Assembly (NCBI RefSeq): GCF_964355755.1
Contig: NC_092671.1
Coordinates: 15,190,001 to 15,254,000, forward strand
Reading direction: 5' to 3'
Source: Antedon mediterranea
Taxonomy: Eukaryota; Animalia; Echinodermata
Length of the DNA stretch: 64,000 bases
In this document: in pieces, positions 36,901 to 51,900 of the stretch
Layout of the letters: every line of letters begins with the position of its first letter
Numbering within the stretch: position 1 is the stretch's first letter
The notes under the pieces: model-generated
Told to the model about the DNA's origin: nothing
What the model saw: only the letters and a program-made list of their open reading frames with translations
Databases searched by the model: none
Program-made: the position numbers and the translations under genes

Positions 36901-39900
36901 TAAATACATGTTAGGTTATAAAAATAACATTTTGGATATTAAATACAGATTTGAAAAATTGAAATTATAATTTAGACTGTATGTCAACCAAAACATTTTT
37001 CGGAATCATTTGGCAACATTTTGGGGAGATATCGTATGTCTAATAATATGAAAAAAAATGCTCTCCCTTTAATATAAATAGGTAATTCCTTCGGTGGTAC
37101 TAGTCAGAGGAAATACTACTAAAATTTATAAGAGGTGCTGTCTATCTACATTATCATTATGTATGGATACATATTTTCTTGATAAAAACTAGCAAAAAGT
37201 TCCACAATCACTGTCAACATTTAGTAAAAACATAGGTATTTTGATCTACTATGAAAAATTGTTTGTCAAAAATTCCAATTTGCAATCTTTATGTATAATC
37301 TTTATATAATTGTAGTGGCAGTAGCTTGAATTAAACATGTTTGCTTATATCAATCCAATTGTTCTTTTTCCTTGTGGAGTCATGGCCAAAGCACAAGAAT
37401 ACCTGCTTTAACACTATGAAAATCTAGTATTAGTAATTTAAAAAAAACATCAAATGAGTTCTCACATCTTAGTCTTTTGGTTCTCTTCATGAGATCCTTT
37501 AGAAAAGGAATCACTGTTTGCAATGCACACACATTTTTCCAACAAGGGAAAACATAATCCAAATCAAATTTACTTAAATAGGTTCCACTTTTGTGTTGAA
37601 ATCAACAACAGGCAACAGACATTTAAATTTAGTTTTTTTTTCTTCAAGAAAACTGTTTTAAATTATTGAATCATAAATCCCATTAGACTATATTTCTGGG
37701 TCGACAAAATATTCTTTAAAGAACTGCTAATGTACAATATCAAGAAATAAATTTAAGTTAGCAGGTCGAGAAAAACTTTAAATTTTATTCAGAATAATAA
37801 TAAATCCCTGTAGGTATTATTCTGGGTCAATAAGTCAAAAGTGGCTACACATTAGTTACGTTTAGTATCAAACGAGAGGGACTACGTGAAAACTACACAA
37901 TTGGGTGTAAAAGACATAAATGCGCATGCTCGCAACATGAGACAAAATCATGAGACTACCGATGTGTTCAAATACAGCATAGCTGTTAACAAGTCTATTA
38001 AGTAATTAAAGTTTCAGAATTTACACAGATGTTTGAATTCTATTGTTCTTGGTCTGTGCCATGTTGTTTTATAAAAAAGTATATCTAAAATTGAAGTAAA
38101 TAACAAATTTTAATATAATGATTATGAAACAATGGTTTCTAGCCTGTTCATCTATGTTTGGTCCACAATCTTTTAGTTAAGACAAGGGATCTGTCTAATT
38201 CATTTAATCATATTTGCCAAAATCGTTTTTAACTTTTCCTAAACCAGATCTAGCCTGTCATCGGTATGCTGTTTTGCTAGGCTGAATAAGTTTTTCTATT
38301 GAGCTTCTTTCTATGGGCTTCTAATATTATTAGTGTTTTACTTTGTCCATAGTTACTGTAGCCATCTATCATCTTTACCATTTATCATTATACATTCATC
38401 AATTAATGTAGAGGGTTCATCTATTACGACACCTGACATTGTTTTGCTCTTCATAATTTTAATCTTTTTACTGTGTAAAGTGTTTTGACGATATTTCAAT
38501 ATTCATGTGTATTTTTTTAATGTATATCAACTGATATCAACAGCCCAAGATAGGAACCAGAGAACTAAACCCATAGTTTTTAAGAATTAAACTTTTTTTA
38601 GTTTGAGTACAATTTGTTACAAAAGGACATCAAAAAATTGCAAAAATATCAATGAACAAAATAAAAATTCCTGGCAACTTCTACTTTGAAAATCTAAGTG
38701 ACAGCAGCCATGAATGAGAACACCGTATGCCATGATCCCCTCAAAGAAGGATACAGGAAAAGATGTCTGGATATGCTTACTTCCTGTCCCCTTCCACTAG
38801 GTTCTTGAGGTATCTCAGCTGTTGATGGCAAACAAATGACTGACATCTTATTAAATTGGAAAAGATTGTTGATGACTGTGAAAACATTGGTGTCCCCCCG
38901 AGATCTACAACTAATCGTGTGGATTAGTAACAGATTTAAATCGTGCTGGTCTAAATAAAGAAGCGGAATTAGTTTGATAATTCAGTATCAAGGATGATAT
39001 TAACTGATATTGAAAAAGTGTGAATATAGGTATTGGTAGACTGACCTGGACGCAGGGTAGATGACCATACTTTGCGGAGAGATGGGCTGGTGTGTTACCT
39101 TTGTTATCTAACACATCAAGAGGAAGATCCTCATTAAGCATGTATGACAGCAACCACCTTAAGCATGATTCCTGAAAATAGAAAAAAAAGTGAAATTTTA
39201 TTACCTATTAAAATAAAAACGTTAGAATTAAATTACAAAATAAATATTTAAGTTTGAAGGTTTCCATTTCTAACAGTTGGAAAAGGTTACAAGATGCATG
39301 TTGGCAAAATTTAATTTAATGTGTCATGTTTCAAAAGATCATGTTAAACAACTGACGTGTTAACCATATAGTCAAGTTAAACGTTACGACAAAATGATAA
39401 TCTTTTTAGATTATCTTAATGCATTATCTGAAATATATCTTTCACATAGATCCTGCAGAAGCACCTGTTGAACAGACACTATTAATCTGGTGAACCTCAG
39501 AAGCCTCGGGGTTCTTATTCTGGCGATGGTCATGCAAAATAATGTGTCATCAGTATAGGATAAAACAATTGTTAAAACTAGAAATATAACTACTATTAAA
39601 TACAACTAGAACCTCTCTTTTGGGACACCCCTATTCAGGGAACAGGCCTATCAAGAGAAAACTAGGGTAATATAACACTATACACCTCTATTAAGGAGAA
39701 ACTAATCTAAAATAATGCATTGTCTGTCTAGGATCTGAATATAAGTTTCATTTCAATTTATTTGAAAGGTTTCTGAATACATATATATATGAAGTAATCT
39801 CAGTTCATCTTGTATCGTTTTATTAATATATTTATGTACAGTATATATAGTTGGCCTATGATCATGGAGCCTGTTTCTGTTGCAAATGTAGGGTAATGCG

Positions 39901-42900
39901 TTTAAGAGCTTCGGCTCATTGCATACCCGTTTTGTATCAAATACGTTTTCCGTTCATTATGATTTAGATTACACTTATAGAAATATTCTTGTGAAAGAAA
40001 TACTGTATATATATATATATTCTGTTGATACAAATAAATGGTACGTAGTACCGCGAATGATGAAATGACGCAAAACAAGGTATAAACATACAGTTTAAAA
40101 TACTATATTTTGAGCTTCCCCATTTCTGCTAATAACTTCTTGGATGATCTGATATGATTTTTTTCTTCCAAAACTGCAATTCTTGAACCAGAAGGCTGTT
40201 TGATGTATAGTATCTTTTCTTTTTGAATGGTAGTTTTTATGGACTATTCTTAGTCTGCTTGTTTTGGGGACAAGTCCACGCAAAATTTGCCTTAATTCCA
40301 TTTGAAATTGTTTTATAAACTTTGGTGTCCCTTTTGAGTTCTTGGCTTTCCAATCAACCACCACACAAAAAATCCAGCAAACCTATCAACCAACAACTCA
40401 AGCAATCAACCAACCTATCAATTCTAGTAGTTTATCACTCAACCAACCACCCAGATAATAGTTTAACTGCACTAATAACTCGTCACAATGTATCACTTAT
40501 TGGTTCTGTAAATTGTGTGTCCATGAAAAAGTAGGGGTTATCATGACTCAACAGAAAAGCCTTGTTGGTTCTATACATGAGTAACAAACTGGTATTGTCG
40601 TGAGGTGATTAGCTCAACCATCGTATTAGTTGTACCAATTTTATTGAGATTATTACTAATTGATTATATCAAGGATATCATTTAGATACAAGTTGTGGTA
40701 ATAATCATGAATGTTAAGGTTTAAAGAGCTTGAGCTATTGATTCATAATTAAACACTAACCACTATCAATCACCTATAGTAGAACACAGCTCAAACTAAA
40801 GGCCATCTTTTGAGTTTTACTTCACCTGGGATACATGGAGTTTTTAATTGGAAGTGTCTTTAGAAGGAGGGGGAGCATGCTATAGCCTAAAAATTACCAT
40901 TTTCATTGTAATTTACAAAATTTAGGGATGAACACCTAATATAATTACACATTGTTAGCACTACAGCATGCTGAACCAATAAGAATAAAAGACAGACAGG
41001 AAAGTCCCTTTCTCTCAATAACAGAGTGTTATGAAAGTGAAATTATTACTGGCAAGTATCCATGTTAATTTTTTGTTTGTATTACAAAATTAAATTACAA
41101 TACACTTACACTTCTTGCCCTCACAAAATTTTGGATGGAAGGGTTGAGAGGGGGCAGGTGTACGTGTAGGCCCTGTGTATCAGGCATTTATTAATAAAAT
41201 GTTGAGTTTGCATATGACAAATTTTACAGTTGATGATTGAAGGTTATGCGGTATTTGACGATGATCAATCCATCAACACCGATGCAACTTAATATCCCTA
41301 CAGTGTATGAATCACCAAAGTTGACAACCCCATCACCTTCAACAACCTCTAAGTGATATTTGGCAGAGTACTCTCCACTGTTTGTTTCCTTTGAGGACCT
41401 CGCCTTAACGATCACTACCTCCGTAAATAAACCTTAACAAGGTAGCATGACATGGCTACATGAGACAGTCGTGGAGCACGAGTTAATTGGAAATCCATCG
41501 GTGTGTACACAGGGTTTTACAGTTCAAGGTCAAAACATATCATCTTGTTCCCACTACCATTGTAGCCTACTCATTGTTTACCGTACCCATCTGATTCATA
41601 TGATTAAGATGTTGATAGGTATCTCTCAATTCCCACGTACAGGTCATGTGACCTTATAGGGTTGTTCGGTAACCACATTTATGATGACTATGACCTGATA
41701 AGTTATTGATGAGTTATAGAGTATAATCTAATTAATAATATTAGTATAGTGATTATCATAAATAATACATTGACAATCTATTGTCAATGTTTTTTTTATC
41801 TGAGCAAACACCCAGCACCATTTCTGTACCTGAACAATACACATAAACGATAAAGAAAAGAATAAGACCTTAAAGTAAGTCTCAATTAAAATTATTAAAG
41901 GTACTTCTTCCTTCCATTTATGAGAATTTATTTATTCCAGTACATAGGCCCGTTGGCATAATATAATAGACTATAACTTTTTTCAAAAGGAAAGTAGACG
42001 TATTTTCCTAAATTTTAAAGTAAAGTTTGCAATCTAAAAGTAGTAAACATAGCTTGTTAATAGAAGGATAAACATGTATGAATCTCAAGGTACTTAAGGA
42101 GCTGTTTTGTCATGATAAAAACCGTGATTACAAACAGATTTAAAGATAACACCATGCACAAGCATGTCAACCACCAAGCTTAATATGCCTTTCATATGAA
42201 ATTCTACATTAGTATCTAGAAAAGAAAAAAAACCTGTTAAATTCATGTATATTCAGAAACCTGTGGCACCGTATTTCAAGATAATTGTAGGTTAAAATCA
42301 ATCATCGGGTTTTTCAATTCAGTTTCGGTTTGTGTACATGCTACAAAGAAACAGCAATTTACACTAGTTTGGGTCACAGAAAATTAGGTTAAACTTGAAT
42401 CTACATGAAACACACTAAAGCAATTTATTTATACAGTCCTACACATTTGTGATTTGGCAAATCTGGATATTACAAATAAATTTATTTATTGCTAAAGCTT
42501 GGTTCCCACTAGAACGCAAGTGTTTTAACCAATGACAAGCGAAGTTATAGACAGTTAGCAATCACAAGCGAATAAGCCATCGCTTGTGATTGGTCAATGC
42601 ACTTGCGTTGCGTTACGTCGTTGTGTTGCGTCGCTAGTGGGAACCACGCTTTAGTATTTTCTTGCCTACCATTGCATATTGTTAAATTATGGGTACATTT
42701 TGTGTAAACTTAATATTGAAAATATACATAATATGGTACACGTAATGTCTCAAATATACATATTTCTATTAAACTATAAACATGTACTGAATAAAAAAAT
42801 TAGATAATTTATAAAAAATCACGCCTCTCATCTGTTTCATATAAATGTTGACCTCAATAAAAAAAAGTTTGAACTAATTAAATCAACTAATATGTTATGC

Positions 42901-45900
42901 TTCATCCAATTTTTATCAACTATATAACTTATGTTATTTTATACTAAAGTCAATTTTCTTTTACAAAATTGTTAAATTTTATATATTATGACAGGCTATG
43001 GGCCTAAAATCTAAACATTTGTGACAAATATTTTATCAAATGGGTAATATTATTCTGAACGATAACACGGAGTCGGGGAAGCGTACAAACCCCGGACAAC
43101 ACCAGGTGCCGATCGTTGCGGTGCGTCTGGGGATATAATAGCATATGTTGTGTCACTAGAATTGCAATAGCGGACAGGTGCTTGCTTCAATTCTACAAGT
43201 CATTGCGATAATCTTCTGACTCACATTCATACAATAAAATTTATGAAAAATTTAATATTGTAGACTTTTATAGTACTAATTTCTATGCTGTAGGAAGCAA
43301 TGAAGTTTAATATAAAATAAACGTAGACCATTTAGTACCGTATGATGTTAAAATTAACCATGGTATAATAGGAGGATACACAATGAAATTCATTTTAAAG
43401 TACAGTACTACAACAATTATCAAATGCAAGATCTGAAATCAGACACATAGTTGTCAATAACTTCTAAAGACTGAAAATTCAGAATAAGGGTAAATTTGAA
43501 TTTTGTTTGTTTTCTAAAACCTGGCTTGTATTTTTAAATAACTTTAAATATGTTCTTATAACTTTTATAATAAAAATATTTTTAAATAGATAAACCTAAA
43601 ATAAAGTTAAAACTTGTAAATATTATAGTTATAAAAGCTTTCCACACTTATATAATTAGTTGTACTATTTCTATTTGCTGGAGAAATACAAACTTAAATC
43701 AGTTTATTTTAAATAATAAAAAGAAATGTTCAGTGTGATCTTCAAAAGACAAGCAGCATGTCTTCAATTATAAGTACTAAATAAAGTGAATTTGTAAAAA
43801 GAATTTATTTAATAGTTGGCAAAAAGGATATGAAGTAATTCCGCATTAGTTTAATGGATTGGGGCAAAGCACTTGGGAGGCAGGGGGAGGATATGATAAA
43901 TTGCAAGGGAGTAATAGCAAGTAGTTATTGAGTGGAGCCATGGGGACGCAAACATAGATAGATATAAGCTAGGTAAAAACGGGATTAGTGAAGAGAATAG
44001 CAATTTGTTATATTGAAAGAAAATAAAGAAAACGATTTCAATGAATGGCATTACATAAATGCAACAGTTTATAACTTGTTATTCCTTGATACAAGCAATT
44101 CAAAATGCTTTTGTAAATTTCTTTTGTTGCGTTTTGAAAAAATGCGTATTAAATTTTGTGGCATACCAAAAAAAAAAGAGAAGAATGAGTAATATTTTAA
44201 TGTAGAAAAAAATTATGAGATCAAACTTTCTGAAAAACAAAGAAATAGAAAATGTACCCTTGGCATTGAGACACTGTACTCCTAATAACCTTTCCCTGTT
44301 GATGAAAAATACCAACAATTTGGGTTCAAGCTCGAAAAACCCATAATTGGTTGTAGAAAACACCAAAAAAAGTCACAAAATCAGGGTACAAACCCCTGTT
44401 ACAAGTCTTCAATATGATCCGATATGACCCAGATACACCTTGAAATTGAAACATTCAATTATTTTTTGTGAATTTAGGTTAAAATGAAACCAGATGAGCT
44501 TAAAACATCACATTTTGACAAGATCATTGCAATAATACCGGTAATTGGAGTCAAATTTGCGTTGATCCTTGTGGTTTGGAGGGCATAATGTGACTAAAAC
44601 ATCAGGAAAGACCCAGCTATTACCCACGTTTTTCTGTTACTAATTTCTCAGATTTGTTTCCATTCATGTTGTTCTAGGTATAAAATGTTCTAAATAAAAG
44701 AGTACTGAATGCTTGTTTTTTTTTGTCTCACTATTCAACTAGATTCCTAAAAATGCACATACTTGGGATGGTCCAGAAATGTCTGCTTTTCCAATGTATT
44801 GTTATTATTTATCATCATACTTTATACCACTGCCACTGATTACTTACAGTATATGAATATCTTTTAAATATATCACTTCAAATTTTAATTTTATGCAAGT
44901 AACAATCATTATATTACATTTATTATAGGCTTTTCAATATCCATTTGATAAAACTAAAATTCAAAATACAGTATTTACGTATAGAATGATATATCATTTT
45001 ACACATAAGAGTCAATACATTTCTACATATACATTGAATCTGGATAGAGTTCACTATACGGGAAGTAGTTTGTGAGTCAGTCAAACATATTACAGTACAC
45101 AACACAGAAAGAAGTTGATATCCCTACGGTATGGTGGGCCTAGAAAAAAAACATATTACTACCGACAATTGTTGGTCAGGTTTGTATGAAGAAGTCAGGC
45201 CTTGAAAATATGATTTAACATAGGTTTATATATATGAAGATGAGTTTCTTAAAACTAATAGCAGTGATGCGAACAGTGGTCCGGAGCAGATATTTATATT
45301 AGGCATACAAAACAAAGAAACAAACAGAGCCAAATAAGGACAAGTAGTGTATTAGCATAAATCAATTTGCTGTGAGATGACCAATTGTGTAAAATATAAG
45401 ATGAAAAGAGAAGATAAGATGGAAGAGCCTAAAATCCACGTGAAAATTTGCATTTTTTAAGTTATATAGTAGTATAGTAATTTTATTAAGTTGCATACAT
45501 TATGTCTTGATCATAATATAATGCTTAGTTATCTGGGAAAATGCACAATGGATTATAATAAAACTTTAAATAACTGTTAAAAAAGTGAGTGAGGATAGAG
45601 GCCTTTTCTCTATTTGGTTCTAAACCAAAAATCATGTTTTCTTCAAACTCTACACGAATCACCTACCATGTCTAATCTTCACCAATCAGATTAAAGTATT
45701 GGGCAATATTGATCAATGATAGTAATGAAATTGCACAACAGCTTATAATAAAACTTTAAATAACTGTTTAAAAGTGAGTGAGAATCATGTTTTCTTCAAA
45801 CTCTCCACACGAATCACTTAGGTCTAATCTTCACCAATCAGATTAAAGTATTAGGCAATATTGATCAATAATAACAATGTATGGCATTTGTTGTTTTCAT

Positions 45901-48900
45901 CAGGTGCATTAATCTATCATGTACATCAGTATCAACAATCATTAATGAATTAGCTATACTTGATCAATTCTAGCAATGAGCCAGCTAAACAACAATGAAA
46001 AAGACATGTTGGGCCTAGATAAAAAGACCTTTCAGCAATAAGCTCATGAGCTCCCTGTGGAAAAGATAATGTGAGCCTAGAAATATGAACTTGGAAAGCT
46101 ATGGACTGGCGGAATCCCAATGGACAAGTCAATGTGAGTTTACAAAATGAGGATTTACATTTCCAGCTGGGTCCCAAATGGAAACCACACTGTGGACCTA
46201 GAAAGTGTGGACTTGTATTCTAACCATCTGGCTCCCAATAGACAAGGCCTACATCCCTATTGATAAAATCTGCCAACTTTTCACAGATTCTACAGTTTTA
46301 GTTTATTATAACGTTTAATTCATCACTATATAAACCTTCAATCTTGTTGGCTATCAATCACAGTCACTGGACTTGAGCCAACACGTCAAGACATGTTAAA
46401 GGAAATGTTTAAAACAATTTAAACATAACTGTACATGTAATATTAAATTAGAAATATGATGTTATATTACTTGCCTAAAAATGAACCTAAATCTGGTTAG
46501 ATTTTTAGCCGTTACTTTCCTAAGATGCATTATACAATGTGAGTAAAAAAAGGATATAATTTGATTATCGTTTTAATATGTAGAAGTTCAAACATCTACT
46601 TTTAATCCAATTAACTGTATTAGAACCCCTTAAGAGGTTGGCCATGGTATTAAAACATCATCATTTCATCTTGTTTATTTCTTGATTTTTGTTTAAAATG
46701 TTGTTTGCAAAAGTGTTTGTTACATTCTGTATTAACCCCTTGTTTTTTAGGATTTTCACTGGGGGTACAGTACATTAATCCTACCCATATACCATCTATT
46801 TCAATATTAGTGAAATGCATTTGAATAATAAAACGAAAATAAACGCTTTTACTATTAGATAAATATATGCCATTGATATCTAAAATACGAGTATTGACCA
46901 ACTTGATTGAAAGGGCTGTGATGATTAACAGTAAAAAGGTCTGGAGCTACAGATTGCATTACCTCTGCTGTATTGAAAGAGTTAAAACAGACTAGACATC
47001 GATATTGGTAGAGGTCAGGATGGGGAGGGAGACAGGAAGGAGATTAATAATGGTATCTTGTATACTATGTGTGAAAACACTGCTCAAACAACACACTCAA
47101 GATTAGTCTATAAGTTTGCGGTCACATGTGATTATTCTATATGTCCGTGTTGATAAACGTTAACTGTATGGATACCTTTATTAGAAACTAAGCTAGTGTG
47201 CTGTTAAACTTATTGACCAGACAGAAAACGTTTGGTTTTAATTTATGAAAATTATGGCTATATAGTATCCATATGTTGACAACATTGAGACAATAACGTT
47301 TTAATATCTAAAATTATGACCAATTAAGAATAGGTCAGGTTTAAAGGATATTTTTGAAATGTCTCCCTAAACCAAAACAAAATATCTACATTCACATAAT
47401 TGGTTAAACATAGATGTATTGTTTTGTTAATATTAATTACAACTACAAAAATATAATAATTAATTATATCTCAACTGTAGGTTGTAACAGTATATATTTT
47501 ATTTGTATCACCAACTGAATGACTCCTTTCAAGGATTAATAATAACAATTTATCAAGCTCGGTTTAAAGGGTCTTCATGCCAAAATGTTGGTGGTTTCAT
47601 AATGGTTTGTCATTTTACAGGCATCAAGGTTGTGTTCCTTTGAACAGCTGTGGTCCCATGTTTAAGATCGAAATGTATGTCCTACTCTACCTTCATAACA
47701 TACTCATGTGGGAGTTAGACCAGGTTATTGACCACTTTGAATGACCATTTCCATGCATCTTAACATTTGTTATTTGTGTATATCATTGCATATCAAATGC
47801 TATTGGAAGGGATAGTTGAAATATTAAGTGATAGAAAACAAAAGTTTACTTATAGTTTAAATTGTTGCATTATATTATATATTGTCCCTCAGAAAAAATA
47901 ATTGTTTACATTTTTTTTAATGCTAATTTAATGTCACATAATAGTTATTAACTTTGACCAAAAAGTGTAAAAAAAAAATGATTTTACCTGAAAAAAACTG
48001 TAATTTAAAGGAAAAAATAGTCAAATTGGATGTCAGCCAATGGGTTTTTGGTTAAATTTAACCGTTTATTTTATTATTTTATAAGTGACTAACTGTGTTA
48101 AAACTACAAAATGGCCTATTCAAAGTCTGATTTTATTAATTTTCATTTTTCATGTTTTAGGGAACAATACATCTTTAATTCATCTATTTTTAAAAATTCA
48201 TATTCAAATCAAGAGATGCAATTTTCAAAAAACAAAAACTTGTGGGGGTCAAAATACATTAAATAACTAGCAATGTTACCCGTCCCATAGCAGTTTTAAA
48301 TGTAGTAAAACCTTCATTTGAAAATTTCAGTCATTTTCTCATGTGAATGGATGCATCCAATAACCAAACTTTACATGTACGAATGTTTTGCATACTTTAT
48401 ACCATACAATTATCATTACCAATGTTGGTTTTAACACTGAAAATAATGGGATCATTTGTATGCAAATGAGAAGACCACGTGCAGTTTATAATACAATCGT
48501 GTCAACATGTCTCATATCCTCTGTTTAATTTACAAAGTTAAATTAATTTCCCTGTAATGACCATCACAAACTTCGCTTCACCTTAGGTGTTGATGGTTTT
48601 TAACTTTCACCACGGTAAGTGGCAAAATATTTTTTCGTGACACATTCTTACGACAGCTCATATTATTAAAAATACAGCATGATTAAGCAACCAATTTCAG
48701 CCATTGTGATTGGTGTAAAAGTTCAAAGATTTGTTTTACAGATTGTCATGGTAAAAAAAATACCAGAAAAATAGTTAATTGAAAGCTAAACATGGGATTA
48801 TAAATAATAACAATAAATAGAAATACAGTAATGTTGTTTTATAATGAATATGCATTTATATGTTTAAAAAAAACAGAAAAAATGTTCAGTATACTATGAA

Positions 48901-51900
48901 TTTAAATGGGAAAAAAATGTATGGAACACTACTACCTTTTAGATAAATGGCACTATAATAAAGATGCTGACTATGGATTAGGTGGGACGTTTTTCACAAA
49001 AATTTAAAACAATGGTGGCACTAGGATTTGTCTAAAATGAAAGGCAAAAAATTAATAAACTCTAAATAATCTTCCGAACGAATGTGCAATACTGGGGGTA
49101 CAGCAAAAGAAGCTGTAATGACATCATAAGACCGGATGTAACGTTACATACACATCAATAACCTCGCTACCAAATACGGCTATACGGTACCATTTTCGAG
49201 ATGTGATATGGCTGCATCCGTTTTGAAATTAAAAATTCCGGCTCTATAGCTTTGAGGACATGTCCCTGTAGTATATTCATGCCAAATCCCAGATTTATTA
49301 CTACAACGAATAAGAGAGGAGTAGTACTTTATTAATCGCACTTTTTACTCAATAGTGTCCAGATGGAAGAGAAGATGAGAGAGTCCTAGTAAAAACTACC
49401 TATACCTACATTGAATGAATATTCATAAATCTACATTAACCAATTTTTTTTAAATATGGAATTCTGAAAAAATAAAGGCGTAGAGTTTGAAATGTAGAAT
49501 AAGTTGAAAATTTGATCAAACACCTCAAGTACACCTGACGTGTCCTCCGTGACCCCATATTACTAAGTTGTTCCGGTTTGATCAAATCATATGTAAGTCC
49601 CTTGTGAGTCACACATGCATAAACACTTCATCTATCATCTTCATTTTGTTGCAAACAAGACAGACACAGTCTAAGTTTTGTTTTTAAAATCACAAAATGT
49701 TACATGATTCATAATGCACATGATTATAAAAAAAATAATGGTTAATTTTCATAATTGTATTCATACCTGTTATAGACAATAACATTGGAGATGATTTAGT
49801 TTATAATGAGTTTTTAATGATGATTATAATATTGACAAAGATAATGACGATAACAATTATTATTTTGAATTAAAAATAAAACCTTGTTCACACCGTCTAG
49901 AAAAACTATGATGTTAATACACACACTGGGTGTCACCACATGCGTTTTATATATTTTTCCAGGCGATGTGAAAAGGGTAAAATATATGTCATAAGACAAT
50001 ATAAAAAAATACAGTGTAGGTTTAATTAATATAAATTAATTTATTTTTGATGATTTTGGTTAGATTATCTAAATCAAATATTTAGTTTGTTTCCTTCTGG
50101 GTAATATCTGTCCTTAGTCATAATCTGATTTTGCTACGAAATTGGTCAACATGACACTGCAATTGCCTATCTTAACCACTGACCTCCCCTATCCCCTATG
50201 TTTAGTTTTACTGCTGTATATCTAACTCATGCTTAAATGTTGAAAAGCTGCTGCTAGAAATATTGTATGTATATGTATTAATTTGTCCAGCTGTGTATTG
50301 TGACAATCACTAGTCCCTTTGCATCAGCTTTAGTTGACAGTTTTGTTTAACACCAGCCCGATTCAGGGACTGCAACCTGCGAGCAATTCACCTCTTGTCA
50401 ATATAACATTAAACAGATACCAGCCTAGCCATTCCTGTCACGTCATAAATCTAACACATTATTTCGATATCTTCCAATGAGATAAACGCTGTGAATATGA
50501 GTAAGTCTCCCTCGTTAAATCCCTTAGATCTTTTACTCCCTAGACGTACTAACGTCATTTCCTTCGCAGAATGTTTTTGGACAGCATTCTATGTGACTGC
50601 AGCAAACCGGCGATTCCCAGTGCGGCGATCATGACTTAGATACATCTATGCTGTATAATACGGACAATTGCTTCAATTACACTATCACAAACAAATGATC
50701 ACAACCAGGTTTAGTATAGATAGGCTTTATTAGGTATCACACGCATAGACTTTGAATTGTTATGTCGGACATGTGCTTTTCACTCTTGATTAAGTCTCTC
50801 GAGCAACACTCAAATAATATTTCATCTGACAACTACCGCCAGCACATTTTATTTCCATCAAATTACTCAAGAACCTATAAACTAGATGGCTAAACATAGA
50901 CCATGGTATGAAAATATTATTTTATTTTTAGATAGGTACTATAAATGTATACACACCTGGACTTGTTGTATGTCAACGTGTATTAAACTTGGCATACACA
51001 ATGTAAATATATTAATTATTAATAGACAAACTGTCAATATTTTTAACATAATACAATGTATTTGTAAGTAAAGGAAGTCCAGGGTCAAGGAAATTCAGCA
51101 TACAGACTTTCGTAGCCAGGTAATTTAATGATAAAAATATATAATTAAAACACCATGTGGAAAAATTTATATCTTTGTATGTCCCAAAATACTATATTTA
51201 TGTATTTAATTAGAAGAAATTAGTTTAGAAATAGTTTATTTGTTTTTAAATTTAATTTTGAAGTACAATAGTTTCATGATAACCCTACAGTAATCATTAA
51301 ATGTTGTCTTGAAAATACTAATAGGAAAAAGTTATTGAATAGAAAGTAGGTTACACAATCGAAAAAAAATATAGACAGAAAGTTTTTCAAAAGAAGGTAT
51401 AAGAATAAGGAGTGGATTATGATAAAAAGTCGAGTGCCAGCTCCTTTAGTTTTGACGCAGTACCAGGAAATCTGTGTACGATGAGAGAATCTTCAGAGGA
51501 CAAAGCAAATAGGTGCCTCTAACATACTGAGTCTCTAAAGACATTGGGATTAAGGTGTTAACATACTGTTTCCTGGTTAATGATACCTATGAATCTGTAC
51601 AGGAAACTCAGTAGGCTTACTATTGAAACATACATCCGTGACCTTATTGCAACAACCCTGACTATAGAGGGCAGTAAATGCACAACGCTGTCTTCTTTAG
51701 CTAAACTAATAATTACATTATAAGTGAGTCATCCAATCCAACAAATGGATTATGTTGATTCAAAATCAGATAACTTCAATTAAAGATTTCCTTTAAAAAG
51801 TTTAGAATCTTCTTCGCATGAAGAAGTTCTATAATTTTACTTAGAACTGGTAAATTGGGAAATTAAACTTTTACAATAATGAAAAGTTTGTAATGTGTAC

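Noticed and set aside
41224-41659. Nested small genes in the large intron
   Set aside because: Short ORFs with no recognisable domain or consistent splice structure.
43851-44051. 66-aa hydrophobic ORF
   Set aside because: More likely a decayed LINE 3' end or low-complexity sequence; no support as a gene.
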